This document shows positions 53,105 through 64,000 of a stretch of 64,000 bases of DNA, in pieces. The stretch comes from Eledone cirrhosa (Eukaryota). Position 1 is the stretch's first letter. Every line of letters starts with the position of its first letter. Under the pieces are notes generated by a model. It saw nothing but the letters and a program-made list of their open reading frames with translations. It did not search any database and was not told the DNA's origin. The position numbers were made by a program, and so were the translations under genes. The DNA is taken from positions 425,940,001 to 426,004,000 of the forward strand of contig OZ024740.1 of the NCBI GenBank assembly GCA_964016885.1. Direction: 5' to 3'.

Positions 53105-54263
53105 ATGAAGAATACATGAGGAAACTTATAGAGCAAACAAACTCTTTTATAAGAAGAGTGAGAAGGCGCGCATTTCATTTCGATAATAAAGAATCTAAAA
53201 GAAAAACCAACAGCCATTATTTCGAAACTATCTTTAAATCCAGAAAAAATCCTCCATACAACAAACTCCTGGAAGATTTTGAAACTGAAATGCTCAATAT
53301 ACTTAAGAAAATTAAATTCAGGAAAAACCCATATAAAGGTCACCAATACCTTAGAACTCTAAAACAAAAAAATCTCGGATATAAAAAAAGTTAATAAAAT
53401 ATTGGTTAAGTCGGACAAAACCAATAATTTATATGGGATAAATAAAGATGAATATAATGATTTTTTTTAAAAGAACTAAGGAAAAATTATAGAAAAGCCC
53501 CGGCCGAAGATCTTACAGACATCAATAATGATGCATATAAATTAATAGCAACATTTGGAATTGAAGGAAGAATCGAGCCTTTTATACCTAGACAGCCGAG
53601 GATAAATTTTAAACTTTGAGGAAGACCTGCCAGTTAGACTGATTGCTCCATCTAAATCGGATATTGGAGTAATCAGTAAGAATATTATTGATAGAATTCT
53701 ACCTATTCTGAAATTGAGGTCTAAATTGAGCTTATGGAAGGACACCAATGAATTGGTTTAAAAATATAGATGATAAGAAAAGCCACAAATTCATCCAAAT
53801 GGACATAGCAAGCTATTACTCTTCCGTTACACCTAACCTATTAAACAAGGCTTTATCCTACGCTTCTTATTAACTGCTAGAAGAACTCTAATTAATTTCA
53901 ACAATGAGTATTGCACCCGCTCAGATAGGAATAGAAACTTTGACATTACCATGGGATCATCGGACTCAGTGAAGGTCATGGATCTTCTGGGGATTTTCAT
54001 CTTAAATATGGTAAATAGAAAACTGCCGGAGATTACCGGTGGTTTATATAGGAACGATATTTTATTTACGGTTGTCAAACACGGCAATACAGAACTAAAT
54101 AGGGTTAAGAAAACTATAATTGAATTCTTTAAAAATTATGACCTTAAATTAGAGGTTGAAAGTGGTACCAAAATAGTTAATTTCCTTGATGTTACCCTTA
54201 ACTTAAACTCTGGTTTTTATTACCCTTTCCATAAGCCCAGTGAAAACTTAAATTACGTTAGCT

Positions 54264-54265
<2 letters not shown>
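53105..54265 (+). pseudogene. Decayed Penelope-like RT of a second lineage (YRDD type, possibly Naiad-like)
   Basis: VKSDKTNNLY, VRLIAPSKSDIG, FIQMDIASYYSS, FDITMGS, GLYRNDIL and VNFLDVTLNL motifs. It has several frameshifts and is bounded by TA tracts. Confidence 0.82.
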
Positions 54266-54345
<80 letters not shown>

Positions 54346-56459
54346 CACTTCTGTTCTTTTCTAACACCTAGTCTTCTATTTCTCCCCACGGTCTTTATGT
54401 CTCACTATTCCTCTCTACCAACATTTTGTATCTTATTTTATTTTCTGCTCAGCTTCTCTGTCTCCTATTTACCTCTCTATCTTTCTTCCCTTCATCTCCC
54501 CCCTCTCTCTCTGTTATATATCGTCCTCACGTTTACACACACTCTTACACACATTTTTACACACACCCTTACACACACTCTTACACACACTCTTACACAC
54601 ACGCTCATACACACGCTCTTACACACATTCTTACACACACTCTTACACACACACTCATACACACACCCTTACACGCATTCATACACACACTCTTACACAC
54701 ATTCTTACACACACACTCATACACACACTCATAGACACACTCTTACACACACACTTACAATTGTCTCGCAAAAAGTCAGGAAAAAACACTAAATAAACAG
54801 GTTTTAATTGTTGACGTCTCTTATCAACTGTGTACCTAAAACGTTATAACAGATTATAAAACTTTAATAATGTTTTATTTTCTATTCATTTATGATAGAA
54901 TTAATGTTAGAGTAAAGGGTCCTGTTTAGGTATATAAACATATTATTTGTTAACATGTACTCTTGATGAATATGCACATATTTGGATTATTTTAGATATA
55001 TATAATTTAGATTGGGATCCTTATATATTTGTTTTTGCATTAATGTTCTGAATTATATAACGATTATTACTTAATTTAATTTAATTTATTTTAATTAAAT
55101 TCGGGTTACCTTCGGGTCATTGAGATCCTTAGCTCCTCTTTCTATCATCTTCGTGGACACTTTAGAAGTGTTGTGAGTCTACTATATAAATCTTAAAAAA
55201 CTCTCTTGCATTTTTAAACTATATTTTTTGATATTGGGCACTTTTATGAACGCAAACAATTCATTATTTTTACTTTTTCACTTTTTATTTTGAATCTAGT
55301 CCTTATCCTTAGGATTCATGAAGTTTTGACTTGTTTATTTATAGTATATATCTATTAAATGATCCTATTATAATAATTGATCTAAAACATTAATTTTAAC
55401 AATATTATCAGTAACTTATTTATTGTATTGTATTATGTTATGTCTAATTGAGAGGTACCATCTTAATCTTTAGACAATATAATCTTTGTCTATTTTTTTG
55501 ATAAACGCATATATATAATTTAATAATCAAACTCTGTAAAGTTTATTTATAAGGCCTGTTGACCCTTTAGGCATTCAAATTGTTAATCTTAAAATTCTTT
55601 AACAATTATAACTGTAATTATTTTCTAAATTATATAATGTAAACTATTTTCAATATAATATAAATAATTTAATATTATATAATAAATTTAGTAAAGTTTA
55701 CCTTCGTGAGGATGTAAAAACATTATGTTTTCTTTCTCGTGGCAAATTTGATTTCATAAAATTTGATTTTATAAATTAAATATGATAGTATACTTTAATA
55801 TTAATACAGATATTTATTAACTTTTATAACCTAAAATATTATTCATTACTCTGAACTAACTTAAATTAAATGATTTGAATGTTAACGGTCAACCAGATAT
55901 GTTTGGATATATATTGTATATATAGATAATTATCTAAAGACTTGTTATTAACCCTCATATGAATACACCCAAATATATTTAAAATTTCGATTGATGAATA
56001 ATTTTAGATAATTCAATAATTCAATGAATTGAGTTTTTTTTCTTTTTCCTAAAGCTAAACCCAAACGTTGTTCTATATAGAAATATATAATTAATATCTC
56101 CCTATATATTACACTATAAAAATTATCCCTCTTTATCTCTCTCTCTGTAATCAACTCTCTTTTGCTTTCTATGCTCTTACTAGCTATATTATCCCCTCAT
56201 CTGTTTCTTTCTCTATGCCTTTCTTTTCTTTCCTCTTTCTTCAGTAATTTAAATTATTTGAATCTCTAACAGTTATATTGCTGCTATATATTTTTTAAGC
56301 TTTCTCACACGCACCCTCTCTATTATATGTATTATATGTAGGCTTCTTTTCATGTTTCAATATTAAGGTATATAAATATTGAGTTTTGTCATATATTACT
56401 CACTACCATGACTGAATCTTAACCATCTACTATGTCAGGGTATGTCATGCATCATTTTA

Positions 56460-56522
56460 TTTTATCTGATGAGGACGTACTGTTGAAGTTAACTCAGTAC
56501 CTCTGAAATATGTATATTAAAA
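56460..56522 (+). ncRNA. Type I hammerhead motif with long stem II
   Basis: ttttat-CTGATGA-GGACGTACTG-(loop)-CAGTACCTCT-GAAATAT-GTAT-A-ttaaaa. Stem I has one mismatch here but would be perfect with the ataaaa of the 12603 copy. Confidence 0.65.
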
Positions 56523-56564
56523 TATACTTGATCACAACAACATCTATTTTGTTAATATTTTGAA

Positions 56565-56605
<41 letters not shown>

Positions 56606-56701
56606 ATGTGAGATCCTTGGTAAAGTTAGGTATATTTGAAAAAAAAAAAAAAATGACTTCACTTGTAATTCTAAACGATTTGATTTAATTTTATAATATT
56701 A

Positions 56702-56815
56702 TAATTGTTTCTATTTTAAACACAAGGCCAGCAATTAACCAGTACATTACTGGTACTTTATTTCATCAACCCCGTAAGGATGAAAGGCAAAGTTAACCAC
56801 GGCGGGATTTGAATT
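56702..56815 (-). mobile_element. SINE family A 3' part
   Basis: Homology to 6622-6806. Confidence 0.8.
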
Positions 56816-56858
56816 TTATTTTATAATATCATAATATTATGAGTTGGTAGATCTAGTC

Positions 56859-56976
<118 letters not shown>

Positions 56977-57164
56977 CACTTCTGTTCTTTTCTAACACCT
57001 AGTCTTCTATTTCTCCCCACGGTCTTTATGTCTCACTATTCCTCTCTACCAACATTTTGTATCTTATTTTATTTTCTGCTCAGCTTCTCTGTCTCCTATT
57101 TACCTCTCTATCTTTCTTCCCTTCATCTCCCCCCTCTCTCTCTGTTATATATCGTCCTCACGTT

Positions 57165-58005
57165 TACACACACTCTTACACACATTTTTACACACACCCT
57201 TACACACACTCTTACACACACTCTTACACACACGCTCATACACACGCTCTTACACACATTCTTACACACACTCTTACACACACACTCATACACACACCCT
57301 TACACGCATTCATACACACACTCTTACACACACTCTTACACACACACTCATACACACACTCATAGACACACTCTTACACACACACTTACACACACACATA
57401 CACACACTCATACACACTCTTACACACACAATTACACACACCCATACACACTCTTACACACACTCTTACACACACTCATACACATACTCTTACACACACT
57501 CATACACACACTTACACACACTCTTACACACACACATACACACACTCATACACACACTCTTAGACACACTCTTACACACACTCTTACACACACTCTAACA
57601 CAGACTCTTACACACACTCTTACACACACTCTTCCACACACTCATATATACACTCTTACACGCACTCTTACACAAACTCTTACACACACCCTTAAACACA
57701 CTCATACACACTTCTCTTACACACATTCTTACACACACTCTTACACACATTCTTACACACACTCATACACACACTCATACACAGAATCTTACACACACCC
57801 ATGCACACACTCATACACACACCCTTACACACATTCATACACACACTCTTACACACACTCTAACACAGACTCTTACACACACTCTTACACACACTCTTAC
57901 ACACACCATACACACACTCTTCCACACACTCATACACACACTTACACACACTCTTACACACACACATACACACACTCATACACACACTTACATACACTCA
58001 TACAT
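57165..58005. repeat. (ACACACACTCTT)n-like 12-mer minisatellite
   Basis: Direct inspection. Confidence 0.9.
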
Positions 58006-58089
58006 TCTCTAGTCTTGTTTACCCTCACCAATCATTTACTATATTTCCAGCTAATATTTTATTTCGTTTATGCATGTTTTCGTTGGTTA

Positions 58090-58700
58090 TCCATCTATAT
58101 GCCCCTATCTATATACCCCTATCTATATACCCCCATCTATATACCCCTATCTATATACCCCTATCTATATACCCCCATCTATATACCCCTATTTATATAC
58201 CCCTATCTATATACCCCCATCTATATACCCCTATCTATATACCCCTATCTATATACCCCTATCTATATACTCCTATCTATGTCTCTCTATCTATATGCCC
58301 CTATCTATATACCCCTATCTATATCTCTCTAACTATATACCCCTATCTATATCTCTCTATCTATATACCCCTATGTATATATCCCTATGTATATACCCCT
58401 ATCTATATCTCTCTATCTATATACCCCTATCTATATATCCCTATATATATGCCCCTATCTATATCACTCTATCTATATACCCCTATCTATATATCCCTAT
58501 CTATATCTCTCTATCTATATACCCCTATCTATATACCCCTATCTATCTATCCCTATCTATATATCACTATCTATATAGCCCTATCTATATACCCCTATCT
58601 ATCTATCCCTATCTCTATTTCCCTATCTCTCTATCTCTCTATCTATCCCTAACTATATATATCACTATCTATCTATCACTATATATCCCTATCTATCTTT
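58090..58700. repeat. (CCCTATCTATATAC)n 14-mer minisatellite
   Basis: Direct inspection. Confidence 0.92.
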
Positions 58701-60699
58701 TTCCTATCAACATTCTCACCTTCCCTCCCATTTCCAACGCCGTCCACCTCCACCATATCCACCAACACTGCCACCAACTTATTTCTCACCCCTGCATCAC
58801 CCCTGCATCACCCCTGCTTCATATCTGACCTTATCCTCTTTATGTGACTGATCTCTAATCATTAGTGGTCAGTCTCAGAGGACAGACGAGGTCATCGAAC
58901 AAATGATAAAAAAAAATAAGTAACGATGTGTGGTGGGTGTGGGCTTCTTAAATCCAGATCAGCAATAGCAGCAGAGGAAGGCCATTACACTGAGTAATGT
59001 TACTGTCAAGCAGATTGTGGCCCCTACTCACCCTTGATAAACATCAACAAAGGAAAAACATCATGCTTTCCCATCCATATCCCTTCCGTTGCTTCTATCT
59101 CCACACCTTCCTCCTTCTCCTCACTAACCCCTTACCTTGTATTCCCATCCTCTTTACAAGACGACTGCATCCCAGTAATGATTTCTCTGAAGGAAGAAGG
59201 AAAATTGTTTCTTCTTCGTCTTCCCTTGTCCTTGTATGTGTTAGAAGCCCCGTTAAAAGTACCCCGCCCCCCTTAGATATCATTCACGGGTCACTGCTGG
59301 TCGAAATTTCTCTTACTACATAGAAAAAAGTTTTTTTCTAATCATTCAACAGTTCATTTCTTATCTCGTCTTGCTGACACCCACACCACCACCACTACCA
59401 CCCACACCACCACCACTATTACCACCATCACCACCACATCACTATCACCACTACTACTACCACTACTATCACCATCACCACCACATCACTACCACCACTA
59501 CTACTACTACTATTACCACCATCACCACCACATCACTACCAGCACTACTACTACTACTATTACCAACATCACCACCACCACACCAACGCTGCAACCCACA
59601 CCACCCACACTATTACCACCATCACCACACCACCACCATCGCCACTACCACTACTACTACTACTATTACCACCATCACCACCACAACTACCACCATCACC
59701 ACTACCACTACTACCACCACCACCACCACCACGATCATCACCACCACCACCCACACCGCCAATCCACCACCGTCGATAAAATACTATTTGCTGGAATGGA
59801 ATATTAGAATTGTTCGTGTTGGAAAAAAAAACGTATTGTGACGTTTGGTTGTGACTCTTTACTACCAAACTCACAACACTGTAAAACATACTCGGACTAT
59901 TTTTGTTGGACACATATGATCTAATGTCATTGGGTGAAAATCAAAACAATTCTTTGAGACATCCTTCATCGTCTTCACCCCTTATTCCTGGGCAGGTGAT
60001 ATGGGCAAAGTCCTCAAACACTTTTTCCAGCGGATCCTCAAGCGCGACAAGGTGAGCTCATGGATGTGGCCTCAGATTGCTATATGTTTGAAGTACAATT
60101 TGATAGGTTAGGAAAGATCATGTGATTAGGTATCAACATTTTGGTGATTTTGCACCAACAAATCAGGAATGTCATGGTTCCTTCAGTTTTATGCAGAAAA
60201 AGTAGTTCAAGTTTAAAGTATAATTTGATGGACTGGAAATGATCATGTGATCACTACTAAACTACCTTGGTATTCCAGTGATTCGAAATCCATGTACAAA
60301 CCATCTTACTCGGGTTCTACTCCCGTCTCTTCTGTCAGTTGGTTTTACCCATAAAATCTGTCCCACACTTTAAAGATTACAAGTAATATATTCAACCAGA
60401 TTTATCCATCCTCTACACATCGGATCATACAGCGGCACAAAAATAACAAAAAAATATGGGTAACTATAGCAATAATAACAAGACCCTCAAAAGAACTCTC
60501 TAGGCGTCTTCAATGGTCTAACTGCTAGAAACCTATTGTAACAGCGGCAATAACAACAACACTACCCTTGAGATAATCAAATAGAAACAATCACACCAAC
60601 ATTTCTTATACATTTTATGAGGTGGTAAGTTATATAGGGATGGTAACATTTATTAACGTAAGGAGCAGATTAGCATTGAAGGTGTACGATATTATGTAA

Positions 60700-60875
60700 A
60701 GTCGTATAGCTTTGTGGTTATAGCATTGGACTTGCAACCGAAAGGTTTTCAGTTTTATTCTCGGACCAGGTGATGTGTTGTTTCCTTGAGCAAGACACTT
60801 TATTTCACGTTGCTCCAGTTTACTCAGCTGAAAATGAGTACCAGCAATAGCTGGAGGTTTAACCCTGCGATGGAC
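60700..60875 (+). mobile_element. SINE family B
   Basis: Homology to 18733 and 44795. Confidence 0.8.
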
Positions 60876-60959
60876 TTTTCCTATTACCCACTCTACTACC
60901 CTAAGTATCGAGTACTCTGGTGCGTTATGGTCGACTGGTTCCTTACTACACTTTTTTTG

Positions 60960-61003
<44 letters not shown>

Positions 61004-61099
61004 CACAGAAGCGAAAAGCGAAAACCAACCAAACAGTGAGTGTGTTCTGTTATTAATTCTGGCTGGCAATATTACACAAATATGACCCTCCCCAAGTAT

Positions 61100-61177
<78 letters not shown>

Positions 61178-61275
61178 GTCTTCTACAGGACTAGAAGAGA
61201 TTCAAAAGAAATAATTAGGGAAGCGCTTTCCTGATGTTCTCTTTTGAATGAAATAGTTCTAGTCCTGTAGGAGCC
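61178..61275. repeat. Short foldback next to (TA)n
   Basis: ttctacaggactagaa...gaagc is inverted relative to gcttt...ttctagtcctgtagga. Confidence 0.75.
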
Positions 61276-61610
61276 GTTTCTAAATTTCTAAATTAAACAT
61301 GATTTTTGTACTTTACTAAATATTTGAGTACCTTACTCACTGTGTTTACCCCGGATTGAACCCGGAACACACAGACACATATGTATGTGTGTGTGGGGGG
61401 TATGTAATTGTGTGTGTACATGTATAGACTTACATATAGAGATGTTGCTATGTAACTATTTAAACTATTTTCTAGGAGACAACTTGCTTTTCAAACAATT
61501 ATATCTTGTTTGTTTTGAGGTTATTATATTTGTACTTGAAAAATATAAAGTGGAGAATAATAATAATTATTATAAACACTGTATTACTCTTCTTATTCTT
61601 ATTATTATTG

Positions 61611-61662
<52 letters not shown>

Positions 61663-61714
61663 AATAGCAATAATATATACATGTATACATGTATACATAA
61701 AAAAAAATATATGG

Positions 61715-61787
<73 letters not shown>

Positions 61788-61957
61788 ATATATGTATATA
61801 CATATATATATATATGTATATATGTATATATACATATATATATGTGGTTATTTATATATATATATATATGTGTATATGGTTATTTATATATATATATATA
61901 TATATGGTAATTTATATATATATATATGGTTAGTTATATATATATATATATGGTTAG

Positions 61958-61997
<40 letters not shown>

Positions 61998-62669
61998 TTG
62001 TATATAAATTTATGGTTCCTACAACAATGTTAGAACTAAAATTCGTAGTTTTTAAAATGTATTTTCAAAAACGAGAGGCAGATTAAAATTTAAGGCTGTC
62101 AACATAAAATATTTCCGACATTTATCAACAACTTAAAAAGCAAGTTAAATTGTTTTATAAAACTAAGAATAATTGCAAATATTTTTTTTATGTGTGTGTA
62201 ACCTTACAAAGTATCATTGTTTATAAAATAGAAAAAAAAACAAAACAGTATAACTCAACTAAGCAACAGACAGAAAAACATACATTTGGTCGAAAGAAAT
62301 TTGCTTTTCGCAAGACATTACAATGAAAAATATATGAGAATTTTGATAACAAATGTTTATACCACGTGAAAAAATTGTTAAAATAAAAAAGATAAATAAG
62401 ATGTCTAAAAAGTAGTAAGAGAAAGCAACAAACTAGGAAACAACAACGGTTAACATCAGGTCGCAGGAATTCAGAAGATATATAGAGAGTTAGAATACAG
62501 GTAGGAGAATATTATTTTTTCTTGAAGATACCACTGAAAATAAATGGTAAACGATTAATAAAATAAATGAATAAATAATACAATAAATGCAAAATGCTAA
62601 TGTTGATGATGACATTGTTATTAAAAGAAAAGAAATTTTGTAATAAAAACATTATTATTAGTAGTATTA

Positions 62670-62739
<70 letters not shown>

Positions 62740-63035
62740 TAGCGATAATGGTCATCACGCCAATGATGTTGATGTTAATGCTGATGTTAGTGTTGATGGT
62801 GATGATGGTAATAATGATGGCTATGATGATTATGATGATACTGGTAAATTATTTCAATAGAGTGGCGTTTGTTATGTTTATATAAGGATAAATAGATTTT
62901 ATTTTGATATCGTTTTACAGTGTAGGGCAATATGAGTTATATATGTAAATATTCCTGAAATCTCGGTGTAGTTAGAGAACATTTGAGATGTAAAGTAAAC
63001 GAAATAGTTCTTCCCAAATGACACCATACCGTTTA

Positions 63036-63140
<105 letters not shown>

Positions 63141-63141
63141 T

Positions 63142-63177
<36 letters not shown>

Positions 63178-63277
63178 CTTTTATATAGATGTTTTGACAT
63201 ATGTCTATGTGTATATGTATATTTATATATAGTTGTAGAAACGGCCGGAGCTCAGCCGTCCGGGTCCTGACTCTTTT

Positions 63278-63310
<33 letters not shown>

Positions 63311-63477
63311 GGCTTAATTCGGGATGTTTGTTTACAAACACACCGAGCATTATAATAAATGTTCGGTGAATCCATACGTACATATATATATGTGTGCATG
63401 TATGTATATATATATACATACTACTCTACGTCTGTATACATATATGTATGTACGTATACATATTTATATATATATAT

Positions 63478-63697
63478 AAATGTAATGTAAGTTTTTCGAA
63501 TATTAATGATAACATTCGATTCGTTTGCAATTATGCAAACAAGCCTCATTTTTAAAGTCATGTCAGTAGAATGAACCCTTCATTCTTGCTCTTGTGTTGG
63601 CATGTAATCAAAACGGCTTTAAAAATGAGGCTTGTTTGCATAATTGCAAACGAATCGAATGTTATTGTTTAATATTCGAAAAACTCAGATTACATTT
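63478..63697. repeat. Foldback with ~80-bp arms
   Basis: 63478-63559 is inverted relative to 63615-63697. Confidence 0.85.
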
Positions 63698-63796
63698 ATT
63701 GTATTTAGCTGGTTCCTATTACCCACTCTACTACCCTAAGTATTGAGTACTTTGGTGCGTTATGGTCCACCTGGTTCCTTACCACATTTCCTTCGT

Positions 63797-63829
<33 letters not shown>

Positions 63830-63869
63830 ATTTAGATGAGTTAAAATATTTGGAAGCCCGACAATTGAT

Positions 63870-64000
63870 AATAATTGTTTCTACATTTGGCACAAGGCCA
63901 GTAATTATCCCAGTGTGTTACTGTTACTTTATTTTATCGACCCCTTAAGGATAAAAGCAAAGTTAACTTCGGCGGGATTTGAAATCAGACCATAAAGGGC
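63870..64000 (-). mobile_element. SINE family A, cut by the window end
   Basis: Homology to 6622-6806. Confidence 0.85.

Noticed and set aside
54760-56160. Possible mitochondrial insertion (NUMT)
   Set aside because: AT-rich, but I recognise no mitochondrial protein, rRNA or tRNA sequence.
59060-59180. Possible RTE 3' remnant on the minus strand (RLVKRMGIQGKG...RRKVW)
   Set aside because: Too short and degenerate to support.
61236-61266. CTGATGT...GAAAT within a foldback as a hammerhead
   Set aside because: A9 is missing, and I could not form consistent stems I and III.

Overview
AT-rich, repeat-saturated animal genomic DNA with no recognisable host gene. The SINE families and the microsatellite load suggest an octopod cephalopod, which is an inference. 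Most ORFs in the supplied track are translations of (TA)n, (CA)n or (GTG)n microsatellites. The coding remnants I can support are all transposon-derived: a near-complete irritans-type mariner (1691-2999), a decayed second mariner family, a nearly intact Penelope-like element (PLE; ORF1 plus RT and GIY-YIG, 37241-40495), a second decayed PLE lineage, and RTE, CR1 and CRE LINE fragments. There is also a non-autonomous Helitron, a mariner-type MITE and many copies of two tRNA-derived SINE families. The main hidden signal is that many of the short non-coding islands between (TA)n tracts carry type I hammerhead ribozyme (HHR) motifs. I read about 17 complete or near-complete motifs by eye, from about 10 sequence-unrelated families, on both strands. 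They often sit in foldback (inverted-repeat) or direct-repeat, retrozyme-like structures. Several have recurrent non-canonical cores: U.U or C.A at the base of stem II, and CAGAAGA or CCGAAGC in place of CUGANGA. HHRs in PLE terminal repeats are established; the density, family diversity, variant cores and foldback breakpoints inside the ribozyme are what deserve follow-up. All structures were folded by eye and none has been tested for activity.
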